From Gemmatimonas sp. (GTDB lineage Bacteria > Gemmatimonadota > Gemmatimonadetes > Gemmatimonadales > Gemmatimonadaceae), in NCBI GenBank assembly GCA_031414535.1, contig JANNVQ010000054.1:118840-182839 (forward strand): a stretch of 64,000 nucleotides of DNA, in the 5' to 3' direction. A program made the translations under genes and the position numbers. Shown piece after piece: positions 29,832 to 38,704 of this stretch (the stretch's first letter is position 1; the number at the start of each line of letters is the position of its first letter). The notes beneath the pieces are model-generated. The model did not search any database, was not told where the DNA came from, and worked only from the letters and a program-made list of their open reading frames with translations.

Positions 29832-31871
29832 TCAGCTTTCTCGCCGCACCAACGTCAGAATGGAATACAGCGCCACCGCTTCGTCATTCTGATTCATGAC
29901 CTCGACGTCCCACTCCACCACACCCTGCGGAATTCCACCCTCGGGCGTCTCCTTCGCCGTCTTCTGCTTGACGGTAAGGCGCACGTGAATGGAATCGCCG
30001 GGATACACCGGCTTAGTGAAGCGCAGATTCTCGAGCCCGTAGTTCGCAAGCACCGGGCCGAGTGACGGTTCCACGAACAGCCCCGCCGCCGCCGACACAA
30101 TGAAGTACCCGTGCGCCACGCGGCCTTCGAAGATGCCATTCGAGCGCGCCTCTTCGTCGTTCATGTGCGCGTAGAACTTGTCGCCCGAGAGCTCTGCAAA
30201 CTTCACGATATCATCGAGCGTGATGGTGCGCGTCCCCGTCAGCAGCGTGTCGCCGATATGCAGCTGGTCGAAAGTCTTGCGGAATGGATGCACCGTATCG
30301 GTGGTCTCCGCCGCACCCTTGCTCCACTCGCGCGTGATGGCCGCGAGCACGCTCGGGCTTCCTTGGATGGCCGTGCGCTGCATGTAGTGCAGCACGCCAC
30401 GCGCGCCGCCCATTTCCTCACCACCGCCGGCGCGCCCGGGGCCGCCGTGCACGAGGTTCGGCAACGGAGAACCGTGCCCCGTGCTCTCCTTCGCGCTCGA
30501 GCGATCGAGCACCAAGAGGCGTCCGTGATATGGCGCGACGCCGAGCACCACCTTGCGTGCAACGTCGGCGTCGGCGGTCACGAGTGACCCGCAGAGCGAG
30601 CCGCGCCCGCGGCGCGCCAGCTCGATAGCCTCGTCCAAGTTGCGATACGGCATCACCGTATTGACCGGACCGAAGGCCTCAACGTCGTGCGGCTCAGAAC
30701 GCTCCAGCGGATTCGCGAAGTACATCAACTCCGGCTGATAAAACGCGCCCTTCTCGCGATCTGCACCCAGCACCGCAAAATCACCGCCGCCCACAACACG
30801 CTCCGCCGCCGTGCGAATGCGATCAGCCGCGAGACCCACATCGCGCACCTGCGCATGGCTTACCAGCGGACCCATCTTCACGCCTTCCACAGCGGGGTCA
30901 CCCACGACCGTCTTCTCAAGTCGTGAGCGGATCGCCTTGATGACATCTTCTTCCATTCCAGCAGGCACAATCGTGCGGCGCACCGCCGTGCACTTCTGCC
31001 CGGCCTTCACCGTCATCTCCCGCACCACTTCCTTAATGAAGAGATCGAACTCCTCCGTGCCGGGCGCCGCATCCGGCCCGAGGATCGCGCAGTTGAGCGA
31101 ATCTGCTTCCATGTTGAAGCGCACCGCGTGCTCCACCACGGCCTTGGATTCCTTCAGCATGCGGCCCGTCGCTGCCGAGCCCGTGAAGGCCACAGCGTCC
31201 TGCTCGCTCACATGGTCGAGCAGATCACCCGCGCTACCGCAAATCAGCTGCACCGCCCCCGCTGGCAGGATGCCCGAGGCAATCATCTCCTTGAACACGG
31301 CCTCGGTGAGATAGCTCGTCGCCGTGGCCGGCTTCACGATGGCCGGCACACCTGCCAAAAGCGTGGGCGCGAGCTTCTCCATCATGCCCCACACGGGGAA
31401 GTTGAAGGCATTGATATGTACCGCGACGCCTTCAAGCGGTACGCAGATGTGGCGACCTACAAAGGTGCCGCCCTTGGACAGCGGCTCCGTCGGACCCTCT
31501 ACATGGAAGGTCTCGTTCGGAAACTCGCGTCGGCCGCGGCTCGCGTATGCAAAGAAAGTGCCGAAGCCACCGTCAATATCAATCCAGCTGTCAATCTTCG
31601 TAGCGCCCGTGGCCGCGCTCACCGTGTAGAACGCATCCTTGCGCTCCATCAGATACTTCGCCACGGCCTTCAGCATCGCCGCGCGCTGATGGAAGGTCAT
31701 CGCGCGAAGCTTGGGACCGCCCACGCGCCGCGCATACTCAGTCATCGCCTTGAAATCCAAGCCGCCGCTCGATGCCTCAGCGACCGGCTCACCCGTCACG
31801 GCGTGCAGGAGCAGCGCGGACTTCCCCGTTCCCTCGACCCACTGGCCGAGTGCGTAGTTTTTGAGCTTCAT
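29832..31871 (-). CDS. paaZ: Bifunctional oxepin-CoA hydrolase / aldehyde dehydrogenase
   Basis: ALDH part (INAFNFP, EADSLN, GQKCTA, EAFGP, GHGSPLP) plus MaoC part (GDKFYAH, AHGYF, NYGLENLRF). Confidence 0.96.
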   Translation of the reverse strand: MKLKNYALGQWVEGTGKSALLLHAVTGEPVAEASSGGLDFKAMTEYARRVGGPKLRAMTFHQRAAMLKAVAKYLMERKDAFYTVSAATGATKIDSWIDIDGGFGTFFAYASRGRREFPNETFHVEGPTEPLSKGGTFVGRHICVPLEGVAVHINAFNFPVWGMMEKLAPTLLAGVPAIVKPATATSYLTEAVFKEMIASGILPAGAVQLICGSAGDLLDHVSEQDAVAFTGSAATGRMLKESKAVVEHAVRFNMEADSLNCAILGPDAAPGTEEFDLFIKEVVREMTVKAGQKCTAVRRTIVPAGMEEDVIKAIRSRLEKTVVGDPAVEGVKMGPLVSHAQVRDVGLAADRIRTAAERVVGGGDFAVLGADREKGAFYQPELMYFANPLERSEPHDVEAFGPVNTVMPYRNLDEAIELARRGRGSLCGSLVTADADVARKVVLGVAPYHGRLLVLDRSSAKESTGHGSPLPNLVHGGPGRAGGGEEMGGARGVLHYMQRTAIQGSPSVLAAITREWSKGAAETTDTVHPFRKTFDQLHIGDTLLTGTRTITLDDIVKFAELSGDKFYAHMNDEEARSNGIFEGRVAHGYFIVSAAAGLFVEPSLGPVLANYGLENLRFTKPVYPGDSIHVRLTVKQKTAKETPEGGIPQGVVEWDVEVMNQNDEAVALYSILTLVRRES

Positions 31872-31899
31872 CGGAATAATCTCGGTGAGCGCAGAGCGG

Positions 31900-32502
31900 C
31901 TATTTCCGCTCGCGCGTTTCGTTCCAGGTTTTGAGCACATTGGACTGCGTGGGCCGATTCGTCGGTATCGCGCGAAGCGGTTCCACTTCGCGCCAACTGC
32001 CGCGCATCGCCGCGGGCAGCCGTTGATACAGGGCCGTACCCTCGCTCTTCCACGCGAGCATCTCGTCGCTCACGTCCTTCACAACCTTTGCCGGATTGCC
32101 AACCACAACCGAGCGCGGCGGAATCTGCATCTCGGCCGGCACGAAGCAGAGCGCCCCCACGATGCTGCCCGCTCCCACCACGGCATTGTCCATCACTACC
32201 GCGTTCATGCCAATGAGCGCGTTGGCGCCAATGCGCGCACCATGCACCACGGCGCCGTGGCCGATGTGGGCGCCCGCTTCGAGCACCACGACTACGCCAG
32301 GGAACATGTGAATGGTGCAGTTCTCCTGGATGTTGCAACCATCCTCAATCACGATGCCACCCCAGTCACCACGAATGGCCGCACCCGGGCCAACGTACAC
32401 ATCCTTCCCAATGATGACATTGCCGGTCACCGACGCCTTCGGATGCACGAAGGCGCTCTCGTGCACCACAGGAATGAAATCATCGAATGCGTAGATGCTC
32501 AT
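31900..32502 (-). CDS. paaY: Hexapeptide-repeat gamma-carbonic-anhydrase-like protein
   Basis: PVVHESAFVHP, IRGDWG, NIQENCTIH, HIGHGAVVHG; located in the paa operon. Confidence 0.85.
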   Translation of the reverse strand: MSIYAFDDFIPVVHESAFVHPKASVTGNVIIGKDVYVGPGAAIRGDWGGIVIEDGCNIQENCTIHMFPGVVVVLEAGAHIGHGAVVHGARIGANALIGMNAVVMDNAVVGAGSIVGALCFVPAEMQIPPRSVVVGNPAKVVKDVSDEMLAWKSEGTALYQRLPAAMRGSWREVEPLRAIPTNRPTQSNVLKTWNETRERK

Positions 32503-32509
32503 CTCAGCG

Positions 32510-33721
32510 TTACACGCGCTCAAGGATCACAGCGTAGCCCTGCCCCACGCCAATGCACATGGTGCAGAGGGCGTAGCGACCCTTCGTGCGCTGCAGTTGC
32601 CGAGCGGCCGTGAGTGCGAGCCGCGCACCACTCATGCCCAACGGATGCCCAAGCGCAATCGCACCGCCGTTTGGGTTCACTCGCGCGTCGTCATCAGCAA
32701 TGCCCAGTTCGCGCAAGCAGGCCAAGCCCTGTGCGGCAAACGCTTCGTTGAGCTCAATGACATTCATCTGGTCCAGCGTGAGCCCTGCGCGCTTGAGCGC
32801 AAGCCTCGTGGCAGGCACGGGACCCATGCCCATGATGCGCGGCTCCACTCCGGCGGCCGCGCTCGCCACCACGCGGGCAATCGGCTTCAGCTGATGCGAC
32901 TTGAGCGCGGCGTCCGAGGCAATGAGCAAGGCCGCCGCACCATCATTTAAGCCGGAGCTATTGCCGGCGGTCACCGAGCCCTGACCATCGTGGCGGAACG
33001 CCGGCTTCAGCTTGCCGAGCTTCTCCAACGTCGAATCCGGGCGAATGAACTCATCGTGTTGGAACGGCAACGGATCGCCCTTCTTCTGCGGGATGAGCAC
33101 CGGGACAATCTCTTCTGCGAGCCGCAGGTCATTGCGCGCCGCCAGCGCCTTTTGCTGCGAGCGCAGCGCAAACGCATCCTGATCCGCCCGGCTGATGTGA
33201 TAGCGAGCCGCCACATTCTCGGCCGTCTCGCCCATCGAGTCCGTGCCGTGGGCCTGCTTCATCGCGGGATTCACGAAGCGCCAGCCGAGCGCGGTATCAA
33301 ACAGCTGCATATCGCGGCCAAATGGCTGCGCACTCTTGCTGAGCACATAGGGTGCCCGTGTCATGCTCTCCACGCCGCCCGCCACGTAGAGGTCGCCCTC
33401 GCCGCTTTTGATGGCACGAGTGGCATTGGCCACGGCGCTCAATCCAGACGCGCAGAGACGGTTCACCGTCTCGCCTGGTACGGTCTGCGGCACGCCCGCG
33501 AGCAGGAGCGCCATACGCGACACATTGCGATTGTCCTCGCCCGCTTGATTGGCGCAACCGAGGATAACGTCCACGATGGCCGCCGGATCGAGTCCCGGAT
33601 GACGGCGCATCAGTTCTTTGATAGCGTGGGCGCCGAGATCGTCGGGGCGCACGGTGCTGAGCGAACCACCGAGGTTTCCAATCGGTGTGCGAACGCCGTC
33701 TACAATGAAGGCATCAGTCAT
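32510..33721 (-). CDS. paaJ: 3-oxoadipyl-CoA / 3-oxo-5,6-dehydrosuberyl-CoA thiolase
   Basis: GCANQAGEDNRNV, NRLCASG, NEAFA, GHPLG, MCIGVGQG. Confidence 0.92.
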   Translation of the reverse strand: MTDAFIVDGVRTPIGNLGGSLSTVRPDDLGAHAIKELMRRHPGLDPAAIVDVILGCANQAGEDNRNVSRMALLLAGVPQTVPGETVNRLCASGLSAVANATRAIKSGEGDLYVAGGVESMTRAPYVLSKSAQPFGRDMQLFDTALGWRFVNPAMKQAHGTDSMGETAENVAARYHISRADQDAFALRSQQKALAARNDLRLAEEIVPVLIPQKKGDPLPFQHDEFIRPDSTLEKLGKLKPAFRHDGQGSVTAGNSSGLNDGAAALLIASDAALKSHQLKPIARVVASAAAGVEPRIMGMGPVPATRLALKRAGLTLDQMNVIELNEAFAAQGLACLRELGIADDDARVNPNGGAIALGHPLGMSGARLALTAARQLQRTKGRYALCTMCIGVGQGYAVILERV

Positions 33722-34125
33722 CGGTGTGGCTTTTGGGTGCGGTACACGGTGCCGCGGAAATGTCCCACGGTCACCCCGTCCTGGTTGGTTACGGTCACTC
33801 TGGCAAATCCCACTTTGCGGGACGTCGTTTCCTGCTCACCAACGGCCGTGAGCACGTCACCGGGCTTCACGGCGGCCGGATAACTGATGGTGCAGTCGAG
33901 CGCGACGCTAATCTCGCCGCTGGCGTTGGTGCAGAACGCGTGTGCGGTATCGGCGAACGAGAACACGATGCCACCATGCGCCGTTCCGAAGCCATTCGTC
34001 ATCTCCTCGCGCACCGTCATCTGCAGTTCGCAGTAGCCCTCGCGCACAACGAGCACCTTGACGCCCAGCCACTGCGAGAACGCATCCTGCGCGAACATCT
34101 TCGCGATGACTTCGTTGGCGCTCAC
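33718..34125 (-). CDS. paaI: Hotdog-fold thioesterase
   Basis: DAFSQWLG, NGFGTAHGG, ADTA, FRGTVY; GTGA overlap with paaH. Confidence 0.88.
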   Translation of the reverse strand: MSANEVIAKMFAQDAFSQWLGVKVLVVREGYCELQMTVREEMTNGFGTAHGGIVFSFADTAHAFCTNASGEISVALDCTISYPAAVKPGDVLTAVGEQETTSRKVGFARVTVTNQDGVTVGHFRGTVYRTQKPHR

Positions 34126-35318
34126 GGCAGCAACTTCCCACCGCTCTTCGCCACACGGCGCAGCAGCGGACTCGGGCGATAACGATCCTCCCCGTACTCC
34201 TCTTGCAGCGACTCCAGCGTGGCTAACACACCCGCCGCGCCAATGGCGTCGCCCCATTCAAGCAGGCCGCGGGGATAGTTCACGCCCTTAGTCATCGCGG
34301 TTTCGATGTCTGCGGGTGATGCCACGCGCAGTTGCACCGCGTCCACCGCTTCATTGATCAGCATCGCCAACACGCGGTCGCGCACGGCACGCCCGAGCTG
34401 TTCGTCCTCAGTTGGCTTTGGCGCCACGGCGCCATCACGATAGTCGTAGTAGCCGCGCTTGGCCTTCCGCCCCAGCCACGCGGACTCCACCAAGCGCCGC
34501 TGTGTCAGCGCAGGCCGATAGCGTGGGTCAAAGTACATCGCCTCAAACACGGATTTGGTGACAGCATAGTTCACGTCGTTGCCAATCAAGTCCATCAGTT
34601 CGAACGGACCCATCTTAAAGCCGCCCAGCGTGCGCATCGCCCAGTCGATGGTCGGCACATCCGCGATGCCTTCCTCGAGAATCCGCAGCGACTCGCCGTA
34701 GTACGGTCGCGCGATGCGATTCACGATGAAGCCCGGCGTGTCCGACGCCACGACCGGCAGCTTGCCCCAGCGCTCGATGAGCGCGCGGCACTGCGCGAGC
34801 ACGTCCGGATCGGTGGCGAGCGCGGGAATCACTTCCACCAAGGCCATCACGGGCGCGGGGTTGAAGAAATGGATGCCAACCACGCGTTCACTCTTTTCAC
34901 AACCACCGGCGATGGCGGCGATGCTCAAAGAAGATGTATTCGACGCGAGCACCGCGTCGGCCGCCACAACGGACTCGAGCGCGCGAAACAGGCCCTGCTT
35001 TACGCCCAAGTCTTCGACGATGGCTTCAATTACGAGCCCACAACTTGCAAAGGCTTCGAGGTCGCTTGGCGAGACGCCAGCCACGTACGTGATACGCGAG
35101 AGCACGGCGTCGGCCTCAGACTGCGTGAGGCGCGCCTTCTCGACTTCGCGCGCCAAGGCCTTCTCGTGTCCGGCCTTTGCGCTCTTCACCGCTCCCGCAG
35201 AAGCGTCCGCGAGCACCGTCGCGTGCCCACGCATGGCGGCCACCTGCGCAATGCCGGCTCCCATCGTCCCCGCTCCCACCACACCGATGCGCGTCTGGGC
35301 GCCGAGTACGCGCGCCAT
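34122..35318 (-). CDS. paaH: 3-hydroxyacyl-CoA dehydrogenase
   Basis: GAGTMGAGIA, EAIVE, SNTSS, HFFNPAP, PGFIVNR, MGPFEL. Confidence 0.9.
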   Translation of the reverse strand: MARVLGAQTRIGVVGAGTMGAGIAQVAAMRGHATVLADASAGAVKSAKAGHEKALAREVEKARLTQSEADAVLSRITYVAGVSPSDLEAFASCGLVIEAIVEDLGVKQGLFRALESVVAADAVLASNTSSLSIAAIAGGCEKSERVVGIHFFNPAPVMALVEVIPALATDPDVLAQCRALIERWGKLPVVASDTPGFIVNRIARPYYGESLRILEEGIADVPTIDWAMRTLGGFKMGPFELMDLIGNDVNYAVTKSVFEAMYFDPRYRPALTQRRLVESAWLGRKAKRGYYDYRDGAVAPKPTEDEQLGRAVRDRVLAMLINEAVDAVQLRVASPADIETAMTKGVNYPRGLLEWGDAIGAAGVLATLESLQEEYGEDRYRPSPLLRRVAKSGGKLLP

Positions 35319-35320
35319 CG

Positions 35321-36106
35321 CTAGCGTCCCTTGTAGGTGGGTGCGCGCTTCTCAAGAAAGGCGCGTACGCCTTCTTCATAGTCGGCGGTGCTACCCGCCT
35401 CCTGCATACAGCGCGCTTCCATCTCAAGTTGCTCGTCGAGTGAGTTGGCCCAAGACGCGTTCATCGCACGCTTGGTCAGACCGAAGCCACGCGTAGCCTG
35501 CGTGGCCAGCGAGGCCGCAAGCGCCCGCGTAGTGCTCATCAAGTCCGCAGCCGGTGCGACGTCCCAAATGAGCCCCCAGTCCCTGGCCTGCTTTGCGCTC
35601 ATCTTCCCGGCGAGAAAAAACATCCCCGTCGCGCGTTGCGAGCCCACCAAGCGGGGCACGAAGAAGGTCCCGCTAGTGTCTGGGATGAGCCCGAGCTTCG
35701 CAAAGCTCTCTACGAAGCTTGCCTCCTCCGCCGCAATCGTGAGGTCGCAGGCAAAGGCCAAGTTCGCCCCGGCACCGGCGGCAATTCCGTTCACCGCACA
35801 AATCACCGGCTTCTCGAGCGAACGAATCGCACGGATGATTGGATTGTACGAGGCACGGACCACCTCGGAGATGTCAGGCATCGGTCCATCACCCACGGGG
35901 AGCACTTCCTGGAGATCTTGCCCCGCGCAGAAGCCCCGGCCTGCCCCCGTGAGCAGGACAGCCCGAATGTCGGAACCCGCCGCCGCGCGCGCCAACTCCA
36001 CTTGCAGCGCCTGCGCCATCGCGCGGTCAAAACTGTTGAGAACCTCGGGACGGTTCAGTGTTAGTTCGAGGACCCCGTCCTTGAGCTCGCTCAGGATGCT
36101 TGGCAT
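35321..36106 (-). CDS. paaG: 1,2-epoxyphenylacetyl-CoA isomerase (crotonase family)
   Basis: FCAGQDL, YNPII, AAGAGANLA, GLIPD. Confidence 0.9.
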   Translation of the reverse strand: MPSILSELKDGVLELTLNRPEVLNSFDRAMAQALQVELARAAAGSDIRAVLLTGAGRGFCAGQDLQEVLPVGDGPMPDISEVVRASYNPIIRAIRSLEKPVICAVNGIAAGAGANLAFACDLTIAAEEASFVESFAKLGLIPDTSGTFFVPRLVGSQRATGMFFLAGKMSAKQARDWGLIWDVAPAADLMSTTRALAASLATQATRGFGLTKRAMNASWANSLDEQLEMEARCMQEAGSTADYEEGVRAFLEKRAPTYKGR

Positions 36107-36127
36107 GGGCCGAAATCTACTGCTTGT

Positions 36128-36265
36128 TCACCACGGAGACACGGAGGCTCAGAGACGACTGAAGAAGGGCCTCCGAGGGTCGCACAATGAGGCGACGGGA
36201 CGCCACGGCCGGCAGGGGCTCTCCCTCGGAATTTCTGTCTCCGAGCCTCTGTGTCTCCGTGGTGA
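36128..36265. repeat. Palindromic CACGGAGG-type element, copy B
   Basis: TCACCACGGAGACACGGAGGCTCAGAGAC...GTCTCCGAGCCTCTGTGTCTCCGTGGTGA (27/29 complementary). Confidence 0.88.
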
Positions 36266-36297
36266 TGGCCGGTGTCTTATTGCTAGATTTCGACCCG

Positions 36298-38400
36298 ATG
36301 CCTCCCCAGACGAAAACCCCCGCCGCACCCGCCATCGATTGGCGCAAGGTCGCGTACAACCTACTCTGCTCCCGTGCGCTCGACGACGCCGAGGAACAGA
36401 CCAATCGGAACCGCGCCACCGTCCCCAAGGACCACGTGGTGCTCTACCAGTTCTCAGCGCGCGGCCACGACTTGGCGCAGGTCATCCTCGGCCAGTTGCT
36501 GACCGGCAAGCGCGATGCCGCGGGCGCCTACTATCGCAGCCGGCCGCTCCTCTTGTCTCTTGGCCTCTCACTCGAGGATGCCTTTGGCTCACCGCTCGGC
36601 CGCGCCGGCGGCTTTTCTGACGGCCGCGACATCGGCGTTGTCTGCAACTTCCCGCGCGAGGAAGGCTGCATCGTCCTGCCGATGGCCGGTGATGTGGGCT
36701 CCCAATACACCCCGACGGCGGGCTGGGCGCAGGGCATCCTCTACAACAGCGAGATTCTCAAGGACCATCGCTATCACAAGTCCATCGGCGTCGCGCTCGG
36801 CGGTGATGCGTCGGTGGCGACGAGCGGATTCTGGTCGGCCCTCACAATGGCCACCACGCTCAAGTTGCCGATGCTGTTCTATATCGAAGACAACAACCTC
36901 GGCATTTCCGTCTCGGGCGATTTCCAGACACCCGGCGGCGATATCGCAGCCAATCTCTCGTCGTTTAAGAATCTGCTGATTCGCAACGGCGATGGCACGA
37001 ACCCCGCGGATAGCGCTGAGAAGTTGACCGAAGCTGTTGCGCATGTGCGCTCTGGCAAGGGCCCTGCCCTCGTGCGTCTCACCGTGCCACGTCTGTCCTC
37101 GCACTCGGGGCCGGACAACCAGAAAGGCTATCGCTCGGACGCGGAGATCGCCGCCGACCAGCAGCGCGACCCGTTGCCTCGGCTCCGAAGCTTTCTTGTG
37201 CCCTCGCAGTTGAGCGCGGCCGAGTGGAGCCAACTCGAAGCAGACGTCTCACGCGATGTGGAACGCGCACTCTCAGCCGCGCGCACTCGCCCAAAGCCCG
37301 ACCCGGCCAAGATTGCGATGTACATCCACGCCGACGATACCGACGGCGCTCCGGAAGCCTTCGGGGGCCTGCGCCGCAGCGAGCGCTTTGCGCAGAAGCG
37401 CAGCGAAAGCGCCGCCGAGAACGGTGAGATGCTTCGCTTTGCCGAGGCCGTGCGCCGCACGCTGCGCCATGAACTGCAGGTCAATCCCAAGGTCGTGGTC
37501 TTCGGCGAGGATGTGGGCAAGAAGGGTGGCGTACACCTCGTCACTGAAGGCCTGCAAAAATCCTTCGGCAGCGATCGCGTGTTCGACACCTCGCTCAGCG
37601 AAGAAGGCATCATTGGCCGCGCCGCCGGACTCGCCATCGCGGGCCTCATGCCGGTGGCGGAGATTCAGTTTCGAAAGTACGCTGACCCCGCCACCGAGCA
37701 ACTCAACAACGCCGGCACCCTGCGTTGGCGCACCGCGAATCGTTTTGCCTCGCCGATGGTGGTGCGTATGCCCGGGGGCTACGGCAAGGACGTGGGCGAT
37801 CCTTGGCATTCACTGAGCGACGAGGTGCGCTTTGCGCACGCCTATGGTTGGCAGCTCGCCATTCCATCCAACGCCGCCGACGCAGTGGGCCTGCTGCGTA
37901 CGGCCATGCGTAGCCCCAACCCCACGGTGTTCTTCGAGCATCGTTCACTGCTGATGACCGGCGACGGCAGCGCGCGCTATCCTGGCGACGACTACGTGAT
38001 TCCCTTTGGCCGCGCCCGCGTGGTGCAGCCGGGCAAGTCACTCACCATGGTGAGCTGGGGCGCCATGGTGCATCGCTGCGCCGAGGCTGCCGCTCAACTC
38101 GGCGACGCTGTAGAGTTGCTGGACCTTCGCACGATTGCGCCTTGGGACCGCGACGCGGTGCTTGCGAGCGTGCGAAAGACCGGCCGCTGCTTGATTGTGC
38201 ACGAGGACAATCTCACCGCGGGCTTTGGTGCTGAAGTCGCGGCGACCATTACGCAGGACGCCTTCTGGTACTTGGATGCGCCGGTGGAGCGTCTCGCCCC
38301 AAAGGACATCCCAATGCCGTATCACCCGGATCTGTTGGCCGCAGTGCTCCCAGATGTGCCGGAGATACTGGCGTGTGCGGAACGAGTGCTGCGTACCTAG
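36298..38400 (+). CDS. Fused 2-oxoacid dehydrogenase E1 alpha/beta (ThDP-dependent)
   Basis: GDAS...EDNN ThDP motif, RLSSHS, GEDVG, RVFDTSLSEEGIIG, EIQF, FFEH, DLRTI, VHED. Confidence 0.9.
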   Translation: MPPQTKTPAAPAIDWRKVAYNLLCSRALDDAEEQTNRNRATVPKDHVVLYQFSARGHDLAQVILGQLLTGKRDAAGAYYRSRPLLLSLGLSLEDAFGSPLGRAGGFSDGRDIGVVCNFPREEGCIVLPMAGDVGSQYTPTAGWAQGILYNSEILKDHRYHKSIGVALGGDASVATSGFWSALTMATTLKLPMLFYIEDNNLGISVSGDFQTPGGDIAANLSSFKNLLIRNGDGTNPADSAEKLTEAVAHVRSGKGPALVRLTVPRLSSHSGPDNQKGYRSDAEIAADQQRDPLPRLRSFLVPSQLSAAEWSQLEADVSRDVERALSAARTRPKPDPAKIAMYIHADDTDGAPEAFGGLRRSERFAQKRSESAAENGEMLRFAEAVRRTLRHELQVNPKVVVFGEDVGKKGGVHLVTEGLQKSFGSDRVFDTSLSEEGIIGRAAGLAIAGLMPVAEIQFRKYADPATEQLNNAGTLRWRTANRFASPMVVRMPGGYGKDVGDPWHSLSDEVRFAHAYGWQLAIPSNAADAVGLLRTAMRSPNPTVFFEHRSLLMTGDGSARYPGDDYVIPFGRARVVQPGKSLTMVSWGAMVHRCAEAAAQLGDAVELLDLRTIAPWDRDAVLASVRKTGRCLIVHEDNLTAGFGAEVAATITQDAFWYLDAPVERLAPKDIPMPYHPDLLAAVLPDVPEILACAERVLRT

Positions 38401-38452
38401 GACGGATGACGGATGACGGAAGCTTGTTGCATCCGTCATCCGTCATCCGTCC
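38400..38452. repeat. Palindromic GACGGAT-type element, copy 3
   Basis: GGACGGATGACGGATGACGGA-N11-TCCGTCATCCGTCATCCGTCC, perfect 21-bp arms. Confidence 0.92.
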
Positions 38453-38463
38453 CCCATCAAGCA

Positions 38464-38492
38464 TTGCCCAACTTCGTCCCAGCACGTATTTT
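38464..38492 (+). promoter_or_regulatory. Sigma70-type promoter candidate for the leader-MATE transcript
   Basis: TTGCCC-N17-TATTTT. Confidence 0.55.
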
Positions 38493-38524
38493 CTTAACCG
38501 TTCCCCCAACCTGAGCCCGCTAAG

Positions 38525-38611
38525 ATGATCCTGCTCGCCCCAACCATGCGCCCGGTACCGACCGCCGTCGGTGTCGTAGTGCGTGCGCGCGAAGCAGGGC
38601 ACCTCGGGTAG
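38525..38611 (+). CDS. Putative 28-aa leader peptide MILLAPTMRPVPTAVGVVVRAREAGHLG
   Basis: Small ATG..TAG ORF between the promoter and a terminator; its 3' end contains the antiterminator strand. Confidence 0.55.
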   Translation: MILLAPTMRPVPTAVGVVVRAREAGHLG

Positions 38612-38642
38612 CAGCGACACTTCCGTCGCGCCTCGCGGATCC

Positions 38643-38685
38643 ACGCCCCTCCTGCTTCGTACAGCGGATGGGGCGTTTTCATTTT
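38643..38685 (+). terminator. Attenuator terminator in the MATE 5' leader
   Basis: ACGCCCC-TCC-T-GCT-loop-AGC-GGA-T-GGGGCGT followed by TTTCATTTT, about 20 nt before the MATE ATG. Confidence 0.7.
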
Positions 38686-38704
38686 GACTCCGTGAGTGTT
38701 CCCT

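Noticed and set aside
36187..36297. Extended N-termini in the ORF track (E1, ahcY, sahR, paaD, paaI and others)
   Set aside because: The extensions run through repeat elements or neighbouring genes; downstream starts fit the motifs and promoter or SD positions better.
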